A program made the position numbers and the translations under genes. 64,000 nt of DNA, from positions 1,280,001-1,344,000 of the forward strand of contig OY969699.1 of the NCBI GenBank assembly GCA_963702025.1. The letters run 5' to 3'. Below are positions 41,868 through 52,501 of this stretch, piece after piece. Each line of letters begins with the position of its first letter. Position 1 is the stretch's first letter. Source of the stretch: an uncultured bacterium. GTDB lineage: Bacteria > Babelota > Babeliae > Babelales > Vermiphilaceae. The notes under the pieces were generated by a model. It worked only from the letters and a program-made list of their open reading frames with translations. It did not search any database and was not told the DNA's origin.

Positions 41868-43928
41868 CTATTTGTTTTTAACAACGGACTCTTCAATATT
41901 CTTCGGAGCCTCACTATAATGCTTAAACTCCATCGAATAACTTGCGCGACCTTTGGTCATAGAGCGCAACTCTGTCGCATAACCAAACATTTCACCAAGT
42001 GGAACCTCTGCGGTAATAACCTGGTTACTGCTTCGCACTTCCATTCCTTGGATCTTGCCCCGCTTGGAGCTAATCGCCCCCATTACATCTCCCATATATT
42101 CTTCTGGCGTTTCAACTTCAACTTGCATTATAGGTTCAAGTAATACTGGCGTAGCTTTGGCCATGCCACTCTTAAAGGCCATTGATGCAGCGATTTTAAA
42201 TGCCATTTCTGATGAGTCAACGTCGTGATAAGAACCGTCATAGACCGTTGCTTTAACGTCTACTACCGGATACCCACCCAAGATTCCCGTTGTAATGGCC
42301 TCTTCAAGACCTTTTTCAACGGCAGGTATATATTCACGCGGTATCGATCCACCGACAACACCGTTTACAAATTCGAAACCTTTTCCTCTTTCTTGAGGTT
42401 CAAGCTTGATCCAGACATGACCATATTGTCCACGGCCACCCGATTGACGAATAAACTTACCTTCAACCTCTACCGGTTTCTTGATAGTTTCTTTATACGC
42501 AACCTGCAGTTTTCCCTGTACAACATCAATTTTGTGATCACGTTTTAAAAGATCCACTTTAATTTCTAAGTGAAGTTCACCCATTCCTTCAATAACAGTT
42601 TGTGCTGTTTCTTCATTGTATGAAAATCTAAAGGATGGATCTTCTTGCATGAGCTTGCGAAGCGTAAGCACCATTTTTTCATAATCAGCTTTGTTCTTCG
42701 GTTCAATCGAAGCAGAAATTACCGGAGCCGGAATATCGATCGACTCTAAAAACATCACTTTGCCTTCTTGGCATAATGTGTCACCGGTAGTCGCTTCTTT
42801 TACCCCAACAATCGCCGCAATGTCTCCAGCCTGAATCGAATCAATTTCTTCACGCTGATTGGCATGCATACGCACCAAACGGCTTACCCGCTCTTTAGAG
42901 CGTGAACGTGAATTATAAACGTAGGATCCAGCCTTTAATTCGCCCGAGTAAACTCGTATAAAGTTCAGAACACCTACAAAAGGATCAGTCATAATTTTAA
43001 AGACCAATGCGTAGAATGGTGCTTTTGGATCTGAAGGGATTTGCACTTCCTGTTTGTCATCATTAGTACCAATAACTGGTGGCCTATCAATAGGAGACGG
43101 TAAATAATCAACTACCGCATCAAGAATAAGCTGAACACCTTTATTTTTAAAAGCAGTACCACAAAATGCCGGCACAATTTTACGGGCAATCACCCCTTTG
43201 CGCAGCGCAGCTTTAATTTCGGGTAAAGAAATTTCTTGTTCATTCAGAAATTTTTCAGCAACTACATCATCAACTTCAGCAGCAGCTTCAATTATCTTGG
43301 CACGCAGTTCTTTAATTTTATCTGCATATTCCGCAGGAGCATCTTTTAGAACGACCTCTGAACCCATTTCCCCTTCAAAGGTTGCCATTTTCTCCGTCAA
43401 GACATCAATAATTGCATGAAAATCTTCTGAAACGCCGACAGCAATTTGCATTGCAACCGCATTCGCGCCCAACTTATTTTTGATATCCGCTACAACGCGA
43501 GGAAAATCGGCGCCGATGCGATCCATTTTATTGACGAAAATAAGCCTTGGTACATGATAACGATTTGCCTGACGCCATACCGTTTCAGATTGTGGCTGAA
43601 CTCCATCAACACCGCTAAATACCGCGATCACACCATCGAGTACGCGTAAAGAACGCCCAACTTCAATGGTAAAATCAACGTGTCCGGGAGTATCAATCAC
43701 GTTAATATGGTAATTTTTCCACGTACACGTTGTCGCCGCTGATGTGATGGTTATACCGCGCTCACGCTCTTGCACCATCCAATCCATAGTGGTTTCACCC
43801 TCGTGAACCTCACCTATTTTATGGGTGATACCGGTATAAAAAAGTATTCGCTCAGTGACAGTCGTTTTACCCGCATCAATATGCGCGGCAATCCCGATAT
43901 TTCTATAACGATCTAATGGAGTGCTCAT
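41868..43928 (-). CDS. fusA: Elongation factor G
   Basis: [29 protein letters not shown]. Confidence 0.99.
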   Translation of the reverse strand: MSTPLDRYRNIGIAAHIDAGKTTVTERILFYTGITHKIGEVHEGETTMDWMVQERERGITITSAATTCTWKNYHINVIDTPGHVDFTIEVGRSLRVLDGVIAVFSGVDGVQPQSETVWRQANRYHVPRLIFVNKMDRIGADFPRVVADIKNKLGANAVAMQIAVGVSEDFHAIIDVLTEKMATFEGEMGSEVVLKDAPAEYADKIKELRAKIIEAAAEVDDVVAEKFLNEQEISLPEIKAALRKGVIARKIVPAFCGTAFKNKGVQLILDAVVDYLPSPIDRPPVIGTNDDKQEVQIPSDPKAPFYALVFKIMTDPFVGVLNFIRVYSGELKAGSYVYNSRSRSKERVSRLVRMHANQREEIDSIQAGDIAAIVGVKEATTGDTLCQEGKVMFLESIDIPAPVISASIEPKNKADYEKMVLTLRKLMQEDPSFRFSYNEETAQTVIEGMGELHLEIKVDLLKRDHKIDVVQGKLQVAYKETIKKPVEVEGKFIRQSGGRGQYGHVWIKLEPQERGKGFEFVNGVVGGSIPREYIPAVEKGLEEAITTGILGGYPVVDVKATVYDGSYHDVDSSEMAFKIAASMAFKSGMAKATPVLLEPIMQVEVETPEEYMGDVMGAISSKRGKIQGMEVRSSNQVITAEVPLGEMFGYATELRSMTKGRASYSMEFKHYSEAPKNIEESVVKNK

Positions 43929-43941
43929 TGTTCACCTTCAT

Positions 43942-44424
43942 TTACCAAGCATAATGGGAGAATGCTCTATTGGATTCTGCCATTCTATGGACGTCTAATT
44001 TCTTTTTAACGGCACCGCCACGACCTTCAACCGCATCCATTAACTCGTAAGCCAGCCGGATGCCCATAGTTTTATCGGAACGTGCGGCGGCAGCATCAAT
44101 GAGCCAACGCATTGCAAGCGCACGACCTCTATCTTGATTCACTTCCATCGGAATTTGGTACACACTACCACCAACTCTTCGCGGGCGAACTTCTACCAGA
44201 GGAATCAATTGCTCAAAGCCCCGATAAAAAAGGTCTAAGGCCTTGTTTTTATCGCCTTGCGACTTCTTGATTAACAAATCAATTGCATCATAAACAATTT
44301 CACGCGCAATGCTTTTTTTGCCATCATCCATCACAATATTGATTAATTTTTGAATCATTTGTGATCCATAACGGGGATCAACACCTATCTCTCTTTTTAA
44401 AATACTTTTTTTACGCCGTGGCAT
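43942..44424 (-). CDS. rpsG: 30S ribosomal protein S7
   Basis: RRVGGSVYQIP, HRMAESNRAF. Confidence 0.98.
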   Translation of the reverse strand: MPRRKKSILKREIGVDPRYGSQMIQKLINIVMDDGKKSIAREIVYDAIDLLIKKSQGDKNKALDLFYRGFEQLIPLVEVRPRRVGGSVYQIPMEVNQDRGRALAMRWLIDAAAARSDKTMGIRLAYELMDAVEGRGGAVKKKLDVHRMAESNRAFSHYAW

Positions 44425-44435
44425 ACTTTACCTCA

Positions 44436-44810
44436 TTATTGTTTAGGACGTTTAGCGCCATATAATGAACGTGACTGTCTTCTCTTCTCAACACCGGCGC
44501 AATCTAATGCCCCACGAACGATGTGGTATTTAACACCCGGCAAATCAGGAACCCTTCCCCCGCGAACAAGGACAACAGAGTGCTCTTGCAGGTTATGACC
44601 TTCCCCGCCAATATACGCGGTTACCTCAACGCCATTTGACAACTTAACACGCGCAACTTTACGAAGTGCTGAGTTTGGCTTTTTAGGCGTCGTGGTAAAT
44701 ACTCTCGTGCAAACACCACGTGCTTGCGGCGAGCTTTTAAGAGCTGGGCTCTTTGATTTTGATTTGGAGCTTATTCTGCCAAATCGACAAAGCTGATTTA
44801 TCGTGGGCAT
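44436..44810 (-). CDS. rpsL: 30S ribosomal protein S12
   Basis: [24 protein letters not shown]. Confidence 0.99.
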   Translation of the reverse strand: MPTINQLCRFGRISSKSKSKSPALKSSPQARGVCTRVFTTTPKKPNSALRKVARVKLSNGVEVTAYIGGEGHNLQEHSVVLVRGGRVPDLPGVKYHIVRGALDCAGVEKRRQSRSLYGAKRPKQ

Positions 44811-45155
44811 AGTATAACATTCCTACACAGTATAAGGGGTGACAAATCTGAATTAATAACCATAATTTGCTCATTTTTTGAAATACTTATTCGTGTCAAA
44901 TGGCAAACAACAGTAAAAGTATTTTACTTCTTTTTCATTTTTTTTCAAGTGGAAACTATATAAAAGCATGCATATTACTAGAAAAAAATGATAAAAGTTG
45001 ATCAAAAAAATAATTATATTCCTTCAATCTGTTGATTAAATAGTTTTATTGGTGATCACCAGGTTATTTTTAGTTAGACTTAGCCGCATGTTAGTGCTAT
45101 CTTAACAGGATGTCACTTATTGTAGAAGATCCTATTTTTTCAGGGAGAATTTTTC

Positions 45156-46280
45156 ATGATTTTGGTAAAAGCAGTTACTTTTTTGGCACATAATTTCGCA
45201 TTTGCTGTTGTAGCATTGGCTGGATTAGGCTTCCTGTTAGGATTTCATGAATTGGGCCACTTTCTTTTTTGCAAGCTGTTTCACATACGCACTCCCTCCT
45301 TTTCTATTGGTTTTGGCCCTCGCCTCCTGTCAAAAAAAATTGGCGAAACAGAGTTTGCGCTTTCAGCTATTCCTTTGGGGGGATATGTTGAAATAGCAGG
45401 TTCAGCCGAAATGGGTCAAGGGGAACAAAAAGAAGCACACGCAAAAGATACGCATTCTTTTGCCATTAAACCATATTGGCAAAAACTACTGGTAATGCTT
45501 GGTGGCATTCTTTTTAATCTCATTTTTGCCTATTTTGCTCTCATTCTACTTCATCTGATTGGCATACCAAAAACAGTACCTATAATAAGAACAGTACAAC
45601 CTGAATCTCCCGCGGCACAATATAACCTTGCTCCCGGGGACAAGATCATCGCAATTAATAATCAAAATATAAACAACGATCTTCCAAAGGCACTGGAACT
45701 TATTGCACCCCTGGCAAATCAAGAAACAACGATTACCGTTGAACGTGGTGGCCAAGAAGTGGTTCTTCCTATTAAACTCGGCACCAAAAAAGATGCTACC
45801 GGTAAAGAGGTGGGATCATTGGGCGTCACTTTTGAAATGGCAAAGACACCCGGTGAGTCACTCTCTGGAGCAATAACAAAAGGGATTGCGCTCACCAACT
45901 CATATATCCTTGGGACCATTAGAGGATTTAAAAATATCTTTTTCAAGGGCGAAGTTTCAGGGGTTCAGGGGCCTGTCGCTATTATTTCTCTTATCATGGA
46001 AGGAATAAGCCAGAGCTTTGGCGTATTTTTGCTCCTTCTTGCATTGATTAGCGTGAACTTGGCAATCTTTAATTTGATTCCATTGCCTATCCTTGATGGT
46101 GGTCAGATTCTCTATTACACCATTGAAGCGATAATCGGTCGCCCAATTCCAAACAAAATACGTGAATATATACATATCGGCAGTTGGCTCTTAGTGCTCG
46201 CACTCATTCTGTATCTGAGTGCGCAAGATATTTATCGCCTAGTTAAGCCCTTGCTGGCTAAAATTATGGGTAAAATCTAG
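45156..46280 (+). CDS. rseP: RIP metalloprotease RseP (PDZ)
   Basis: HELGH, FSIGFG, PLGGYV, PDZ domain, NLIPLPILDGG. Confidence 0.95.
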   Translation: MILVKAVTFLAHNFAFAVVALAGLGFLLGFHELGHFLFCKLFHIRTPSFSIGFGPRLLSKKIGETEFALSAIPLGGYVEIAGSAEMGQGEQKEAHAKDTHSFAIKPYWQKLLVMLGGILFNLIFAYFALILLHLIGIPKTVPIIRTVQPESPAAQYNLAPGDKIIAINNQNINNDLPKALELIAPLANQETTITVERGGQEVVLPIKLGTKKDATGKEVGSLGVTFEMAKTPGESLSGAITKGIALTNSYILGTIRGFKNIFFKGEVSGVQGPVAIISLIMEGISQSFGVFLLLLALISVNLAIFNLIPLPILDGGQILYYTIEAIIGRPIPNKIREYIHIGSWLLVLALILYLSAQDIYRLVKPLLAKIMGKI

Positions 46281-46305
46281 AATTAAGGGAGCAGAATATT
46301 TCAAC

Positions 46306-46342
46306 AAGGCGCTGAATTTAATTTTCGGCGCCTTTTCTTTTT
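46306..46342 (+). terminator. Intrinsic terminator after rseP
   Basis: aaggcgctgaa...ttcggcgcctt followed by a T tract. Confidence 0.7.
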
Positions 46343-46472
46343 GGCGTTAAACTATTTCAAATATGCAATTTTTATAATGCTTTGCTCTATCAAAGTAGAC
46401 AAAAATATCGTTTTTAATTAACATGAGAAAGTAAATTCTGTCTAAACTATCTATTTCAAATTGAGGTTCTCA

Positions 46473-46895
46473 ATGAAAAAACCGATACTTGTTTTAACGT
46501 TAGTTGCAATGAGCAGTATTCTTGCGCCACAACCCACTAAAGCGATTACCCCGGAGAATGCAGCCACAATTGCGGTAATTTCAACCGGACCAGCAATCTA
46601 CGGATTATATAAATTCTGCAAATGGGTTAAAAGCACCAAAACAGGCAAGACTGTGGCTAAAGGTATCGGGGCCGTTACAACTGGGTTAGGCGCATGGGTA
46701 GCGAGCCGTGCAGCCGCAGATTTTTTTTCTGAAGCAAATTGGGCTTACAACAATGGAGCCTTTGATAGGGGGAATTCATATCACAACGGTGCATTGTTAG
46801 GCGCAGCACTCTCATGCGGTTTAGGGCTTTCCAGTTGCTTACTAGCAGAATCAACTATTAAAGACCTAAAGAATACAACCCAAAATAATAACTAA
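46473..46895 (+). CDS. Secreted small hydrophobic hypothetical protein
   Basis: GAGG SD; signal peptide ending QPTKA; Gly/Ala-rich hydrophobic helices. Confidence 0.65.
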   Translation: MKKPILVLTLVAMSSILAPQPTKAITPENAATIAVISTGPAIYGLYKFCKWVKSTKTGKTVAKGIGAVTTGLGAWVASRAAADFFSEANWAYNNGAFDRGNSYHNGALLGAALSCGLGLSSCLLAESTIKDLKNTTQNNN

Positions 46896-46905
46896 AGGCG
46901 CTCAG

Positions 46906-47151
46906 ATGAAAAAGTTATTATTTTTAGTAGTTTCACTACTAATCTTGGCTAACACTGCTACTTCAACACAAGCACACATTCCGAATCACTTTAAAAAAAC
47001 TGCCTGCGTACTTGGCTCTTTAGGTGTCGCTACCTTGGCACTGGGATTGATATATAAGTATGTAAACAACCTGGTATTAAAGCAGTATGACGCCTATCAC
47101 AAGAGCCGAAATGAATCTCATTTCATGAGCAATAGCGGCAAAAAATTATAA
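46906..47151 (+). CDS. Secreted small hydrophobic hypothetical protein
   Basis: Signal peptide ending STQA; one hydrophobic helix. Confidence 0.6.
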   Translation: MKKLLFLVVSLLILANTATSTQAHIPNHFKKTACVLGSLGVATLALGLIYKYVNNLVLKQYDAYHKSRNESHFMSNSGKKL

Positions 47152-47169
47152 ATTTAATAAGGATTTTTT

Positions 47170-47475
47170 ATGAAAAGTAAATTAGTATTTTCACTTTTAT
47201 TTAGCACATTTGCCATTTTTTCAGCGCAACCTTCGCAAGCACTCCCAACAAATGCAAAAATCGCTGCAGAACTCGTTGGCGGAGTAGCAGCGGGCGCAGT
47301 TGCCCTCATCGCGGGAAAAGTTGCCTATGAGTTTATAAAAGAAAAACCAAGCAATTCGCATGAGCCATCGTTGATGACTATTTTTACCGTAGTACCAACA
47401 ACCCTACTTGCAGCAACTTCAGGAATCTTGAGCTATCTGGCATTTAACGCAGCATATAATAACATCAAAGCATAA
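47170..47475 (+). CDS. Secreted small hydrophobic hypothetical protein
   Basis: AAGGA SD; signal peptide ending QPSQA; two hydrophobic helices. Confidence 0.65.
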   Translation: MKSKLVFSLLFSTFAIFSAQPSQALPTNAKIAAELVGGVAAGAVALIAGKVAYEFIKEKPSNSHEPSLMTIFTVVPTTLLAATSGILSYLAFNAAYNNIKA

Positions 47476-47491
47476 GCTAAATCGTAGAACA

Positions 47492-47533
47492 AAATAAAAA
47501 GAGGCACGTTCTTAAACGTGCCTCTTTTTATTT
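47492..47533. terminator. Bidirectional intrinsic terminator
   Basis: aaataaaaagaggcacgtt-ctta-aacgtgcctctttttattt between convergent genes. Confidence 0.85.
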
Positions 47534-47549
47534 CTGTCTTAAGACAATT

Positions 47550-48116
47550 TTATGCTTCTTTATCAGCATCCGGCTTTTGACCGATATGAGGATGCTGGCT
47601 GCCCGGATAAACGCGCAGTTTACGCAACAGGTAGCGGCTCAAAATATTTTTTGGGAGCATACCTTTCACCGCAAGAGTAATCACTCTATCAGGATGTTTT
47701 TCTAGCAATTCTTTTGCTGAAGTAACTTTACGACCACCAATCCAGCCGGTGTAATGGGCATATTCCTTATCTTCCATTTTATTGCCGGTAAGCACCACTT
47801 GTGACGCGTTAATCACAATCACATAATCTCCCGCATCAGTATGAGGAGTAAAATATGGCTTGTTTTTGCCACGCAAAATGTCTGCGATCTCTGTCGCCAT
47901 GCGACCCAACACTTTCCCCTTAGCATCAATAACACGCCATTTGGGGTGTTTATTGTCCTCTTTTCTAACATAGAAAGCTGAATTCATATCTACTGCTTTA
48001 GATTGATCTTTCTTCTTTGCAGTTGTTTTTTTGGTTGTTGCTTGAGCAGCAGGAGTAGTTTTACTCTTTGTTTTTTCAGTTTTAGCGACAGCAGGGGAAG
48101 ACTTTTTAACAGCCAT
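47550..48116 (-). CDS. rplM: 50S ribosomal protein L13 with basic N-terminal extension
   Basis: WRVIDA, LGRMA, LRGKNKP.FTPH.D.GD, KGMLP. Confidence 0.97.
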   Translation of the reverse strand: MAVKKSSPAVAKTEKTKSKTTPAAQATTKKTTAKKKDQSKAVDMNSAFYVRKEDNKHPKWRVIDAKGKVLGRMATEIADILRGKNKPYFTPHTDAGDYVIVINASQVVLTGNKMEDKEYAHYTGWIGGRKVTSAKELLEKHPDRVITLAVKGMLPKNILSRYLLRKLRVYPGSQHPHIGQKPDADKEA

Positions 48117-48245
48117 GAAACACCTTTTCTAACCTAAAGAAATAATTAAACTTTTGATTTATAAATGACATATATGACGAACGAAGCTATTATATACTTT
48201 AAATAAAAATAGAATAAGGGTCAAATTCTTAAAAAAGGTATTTAT

Positions 48246-49838
48246 ATGATACACAGTTGGCTAGTGTTACTTCCTCCGGTATTTATTCTGATTGCGGCAC
48301 TCATTTCCAAACGCTTAAACCCATCGATTATTTTAGGGCTTATTACTGCCGCATTCATTGCGCAAAATTTCATGCTTTTGCCCGCTATCAACCTTTTAAT
48401 AACGCGACTTTATAAACAGGTGACTGATCCTGAAAACATTTACCTGTATGGATTCTTATTTATTTTGGGAATCCTTATCAGCCTGCTTGAATATACTGGT
48501 GCAGCAATGGCCTTTGCTCACCGCCTTACCACGCGCTTAAAAACTGCCAAAAGTGCACAGACTGCCACGCTCGTTATTTCAAGCATTCTTTTTATCGATG
48601 ACTATTTAAGCTGCTTAACAACCGGCTATGTTATGCGGCCCATATTAGATCGATTCCGATTACCTCGCGTAAAACTAGCTTATTTAATTCATTCATTCTC
48701 TGCTCCAGTGGTAATTTTGGCACCAATTTCCAGCTGGATCGCATTGATTACCAGTCAACTTGAAAATGCAGGCATATCCCCAATCGCCAATCACAATACT
48801 CGCATTATCGCCGATCCTTTTTATATTTACCTACAATCAATCCCCTATATTTTTTACTCTGTTATTTTGATTATCAGCGTATGGCTCGTCGTGCGCCGGT
48901 CACTTTCTTTTGGGCCCATGCATGAGCAGGAAGTAATAGCTCATAAAACAGGAAATCTTTTTGGCGGCAAAGAGCCATTGACCGGAACAACTATCACTCA
49001 AAAGACAACAAGCGGCTCGATCTGGGATCTTATATTCCCTCTCTTTCTCTTGATCATTATTTTTATCAGCGGTATTGCCTGGGCCGGCGGCTATTGGTTA
49101 TTTGGCGGTAGCTATTCTTTTGTGTACGCACTGCAAAAAAATCATCAAACCGCGCTTATGCTTTTCATTGCCAGCATCATTACTTTATCAGTCACTTTTT
49201 TGATAAATCTCATTAATAAAAAAGTTAACTTTAACGTTTTTCTCAAAAACATTGTTCCCAACGGGATTACCATGATGCAGTCTTCCGTTATCATGGTCTT
49301 TCTTGCCTCAACTTTTGGTATCATGCTTCGCGAGGATCTACAAACTGGTGTTTACCTTGCGCAAGTATTGCAGGGTACGATTAGCATGGCCTTGCTTCCA
49401 TTTCTCTTTTATCTTATTTCAATTATTGCAGCATTTATTACCGGGTCAGCATGGGGAACCATTGCACTCATGATTCCAATCGCAATTCAAATGATTACCA
49501 CCTTATCGGCAGTTTCCCTTCCGGCAAATCCTACTGACATTAGTATTCTTTTTCCTGCACTTGGCGCCATTTTTTCTGGTGCAGTCTGTGGAAATCATAT
49601 TTCTCCCATTGCCGAAACTACCATCATGTCCGCCAATAGCGCCGGCTGCTATCCGATTGATCATGCAGTTACACAATTTTGGTACGCGCTGCCAGCAGTT
49701 ATCGGTGCAGGAATTTCATTTATTCTGTGCGGATTCTTGACCGCCGCAGCACCTTTGGTAACTATTGGCATTTCATTGGTAGTAGGATTGATTTTTTGCC
49801 TGGCGTCTCTTCTGCTTGCGAATCGATTCGAAAAATAA
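48246..49838 (+). CDS. NhaC-family Na+/H+ antiporter-like transporter
   Basis: FIDDY, LAYLIHS, PISSW, TGSAWGT, GNHISPIAETT; many TM helices. Confidence 0.88.
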   Translation: MIHSWLVLLPPVFILIAALISKRLNPSIILGLITAAFIAQNFMLLPAINLLITRLYKQVTDPENIYLYGFLFILGILISLLEYTGAAMAFAHRLTTRLKTAKSAQTATLVISSILFIDDYLSCLTTGYVMRPILDRFRLPRVKLAYLIHSFSAPVVILAPISSWIALITSQLENAGISPIANHNTRIIADPFYIYLQSIPYIFYSVILIISVWLVVRRSLSFGPMHEQEVIAHKTGNLFGGKEPLTGTTITQKTTSGSIWDLIFPLFLLIIIFISGIAWAGGYWLFGGSYSFVYALQKNHQTALMLFIASIITLSVTFLINLINKKVNFNVFLKNIVPNGITMMQSSVIMVFLASTFGIMLREDLQTGVYLAQVLQGTISMALLPFLFYLISIIAAFITGSAWGTIALMIPIAIQMITTLSAVSLPANPTDISILFPALGAIFSGAVCGNHISPIAETTIMSANSAGCYPIDHAVTQFWYALPAVIGAGISFILCGFLTAAAPLVTIGISLVVGLIFCLASLLLANRFEK

Positions 49839-49856
49839 CATTACAACCTGTATTAA

Positions 49857-49885
49857 TTGCTCTTTGCCAGCAAAGGCGGTATACT
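49857..49885 (+). promoter_or_regulatory. Putative sigma70 promoter
   Basis: TTGCTC-N17-TATACT. Confidence 0.4.
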
Positions 49886-49926
49886 TGCACTATTAATCAG
49901 AAATTAAATAATTGCAGGAAATAATT

Positions 49927-50658
49927 ATGTTTAAAAAAATAGTTTTTCTTATTTGTCTCTCAATGAGCGCATCATCGTATGCCATGACTTTCAGTGTCGT
50001 CGGGCAACCATTAAGCAATGTTGATCCAAAACTAGCTCAGGCAATTGCAGATTTAGGAACAAAAGCACTAAGCAACGTAGCAATTTCATTGGAAGCAACT
50101 GGTGTAAACCTTGGTGCAACACTACAAGAATCCGTTAAAATTTTGCGCAAAGCACTCGAGAATGTAGCTACAACGTTCTCCGAAAATGGTTTTAAATTAG
50201 TACTTGATCCAGAACTCGATCCAAAACTAATTGATAGCATTCAACTCATTTCTAAAGATGGCGCCAAAATAGCACTTAATCTTGATCCCGCTCTTACTAA
50301 AACTATGCAAACGATTGCCGAAAAGGGCTTCCAAATAATAGTTGATCCTGAACTTAATAAGAATCTTAAAACGTTTGCAGACCAGGGAGTAAAAGCACAG
50401 TTCGCTATTGATCCGATCACCCTAAAAACTTTCTGCTTAACCAGTGTTGGTGCAACCCTAGCGGTAGCGGGAATTTTAGTACTCTATCATGAACTTACCA
50501 AAACAGATGCCACGACAACAGAAACAGAATCTGCACAAAAAACCTACTTCCAACACTTTAAAGCATTGTTGCAAAACAAATATGTGATTGGTTCTGCGCA
50601 AGTGCTGGCCGGTCTCTTGTTGATTATCAAAAGCAATGCGTTGATCGCAAGAGGTTAA
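49927..50658 (+). CDS. Secreted/membrane hypothetical protein with internal ~21-25-aa DPxL repeats
   Basis: Signal peptide, repeats, two C-terminal hydrophobic segments. Confidence 0.65.
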   Translation: MFKKIVFLICLSMSASSYAMTFSVVGQPLSNVDPKLAQAIADLGTKALSNVAISLEATGVNLGATLQESVKILRKALENVATTFSENGFKLVLDPELDPKLIDSIQLISKDGAKIALNLDPALTKTMQTIAEKGFQIIVDPELNKNLKTFADQGVKAQFAIDPITLKTFCLTSVGATLAVAGILVLYHELTKTDATTTETESAQKTYFQHFKALLQNKYVIGSAQVLAGLLLIIKSNALIARG

Positions 50659-52028
50659 GCCATATTAAATTCTTCGGATTCTTCCTCAACATCATTAAAT
50701 GAATGTTCTTCAGATTCCGATTCTTCTTCATCAGTATCATTTTGCATGAGCGCTTCGATATCTTCTGGTTTTTTTGGCAAGGATTCGCTCAAGCAGACTA
50801 CACCGTCTTTGACAACCCAATAGTTATCTTCGATACGAATACCAATTCCTTCTTGAGGGATATAGATTCCCGGTTCGATGGTGAAAACATCACCTTCTTT
50901 TAAAGGTTCTTTAAGATCACCCACATCATGAACATCAATACCTAAGAAATGGCCAATACCATGGGGAAAATAGTTGCCATAGCCTCGCTCATCCAAGAAT
51001 TTCTTCGCCAAATGATTGAGAGATTTTTCTGGCTGTTCTTTGTTTGATAACCACATGCCCGGCTTTGCAAGATCCGCAATATATTCTTGCGTTGCAAGAA
51101 CCAGATTATAGAGCTCTTTTTGGCGTTTGGTAAAAGTACCTGAAACCGGATACGTTCGGGTTAAATCGGCACAGTAATATTCATATTCGGCGCCAATATC
51201 CACCACTACCAATTGACCATTTTTTAAGACGTCAGCATTTGTTTGATAATGAAGTATGGTGCCATTTTTGCCACCCGCCACGATGCTTGGAAATGATGGG
51301 CGGGCATTCGATCCGGTAAACATATACTCAAGACTTGCCTGCACTTCACATTCAAGAATGCCGTCTTGTATGGCGTGGGCAGCAGCTTCCTGGGCCAACA
51401 TGGTAATCTCTACTGCTTTATACATAGTTTCAATTTCACGCATATCTTTTTTGCGACGCAGTGCGGCTACCAATGGCGCTATATCAATGCAATGACTTTG
51501 AAACCCGGTGATCATCGTATCAAAGCGTGCAAGCATGGAACGTTGCTCAACGTATTCCCATGAATTTTGTGGCGCCAAGGTAAATAACTTCCCATTATCC
51601 TTTATGATCGCACTCAGATCGGCAATGAGATTGGAATAATGCTTTTTATCTGAAAAAGGGTGGAACTGATAGCCCGGCGCCATTTGCCCCAACGATTTGA
51701 TATGTTCAAATCCTAGTTTTTTTGCATTTTCTTGCGTTAAAGGAACCGGCGTGTGCACCCATGCAGATCTATTTGCTCCGTGATCGGGAGTATACAGCGT
51801 TGATTTTCCTTGTAAGTCGATAACAACTACCGCTCCGGGTTCAGTAATGCCGGTTAAATAATAGAATGAACTTTCTTGACGAAATTTAGTGCGATCGTGT
51901 TCAAAAGCACCAAAAAGAACAATTGCCCCTTTTTTCTCAGGGTATTCTTGGCTAATCAGTGCGCTCAGATCTTGTCTGCGCAACTGAGATAATGATGCGG
52001 TTGTTTGCGTTGTTTCATTAATAAACAT
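50655..52028 (-). CDS. pepP: Xaa-Pro aminopeptidase (M24B)
   Basis: FRQESSFYYLTG, DIG, ADLTRT, HGIGH.LG.DVHD, TIEPGIY, GIRIED. Confidence 0.95.
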   Translation of the reverse strand: MFINETTQTTASLSQLRRQDLSALISQEYPEKKGAIVLFGAFEHDRTKFRQESSFYYLTGITEPGAVVVIDLQGKSTLYTPDHGANRSAWVHTPVPLTQENAKKLGFEHIKSLGQMAPGYQFHPFSDKKHYSNLIADLSAIIKDNGKLFTLAPQNSWEYVEQRSMLARFDTMITGFQSHCIDIAPLVAALRRKKDMREIETMYKAVEITMLAQEAAAHAIQDGILECEVQASLEYMFTGSNARPSFPSIVAGGKNGTILHYQTNADVLKNGQLVVVDIGAEYEYYCADLTRTYPVSGTFTKRQKELYNLVLATQEYIADLAKPGMWLSNKEQPEKSLNHLAKKFLDERGYGNYFPHGIGHFLGIDVHDVGDLKEPLKEGDVFTIEPGIYIPQEGIGIRIEDNYWVVKDGVVCLSESLPKKPEDIEALMQNDTDEEESESEEHSFNDVEEESEEFNMA

Positions 52029-52054
52029 GGAAATTCCTTATAAATTTTTTTCAG

Positions 52055-52199
52055 ATATCATTCGACACGCTTCGCTACTCCGGATGTGTTCCTAAAACTT
52101 ATTTAAAGCTTAAAACTTACTCGATGTTTTTTACACTTTCTCATGAACTTTTAACCACACATCCTGAATAAAAAATCGAAGATTTTTGTATCGAAGGAT
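52055..52199. repeat. Inverted pair of family-1 hairpins downstream of the GIY-YIG gene
   Basis: 52055-52089 degenerate copy; 52155-52199 inverted long-stem copy. Confidence 0.85.
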
Positions 52200-52202
52200 T
52201 TC

Positions 52203-52498
52203 CTACTTTTTAATATTAAAGTTTTTTTTAGATAAAAGTTTTATCTTGTTCCAGTCTTTAGCAAGTAGGGCCGCTTTTTTCTTTCTCGACCATCCTTTGA
52301 TTTGTCTTTCAATAATCAGAGCATCATCTTTTGTTGCAAAATCTTGAACAAAAACTAATTCAACCGGCAACGTGAAGCTGTAGAATATCCACCCTGCCTA
52401 TTGTTATGTTCTGCAAACCTTTGCTCAAGATCCCTCGTTAGTCCAACATAATAAGAATTATCGGCACATTTTAACATATAAACAAAATAACTTTTCAT
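52203..52498 (-). pseudogene. GIY-YIG nuclease (UPF0213/YhbQ-like), broken by a 1-nt deletion near 52370
   Basis: MKSYFVYMLKCADNSYYVGLTRDLEQRFAEHN...TASR, then in the shifted frame LPVELVFVQDFATKDDALIIERQIKGWSRKKKAALL...TAG. Confidence 0.9.
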
Positions 52499-52501
52499 AA
52501 C

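Noticed and set aside
25678..44810. Numerous antisense ORFs within the ribosomal cluster
   Set aside because: Typical codon-bias shadows of conserved genes
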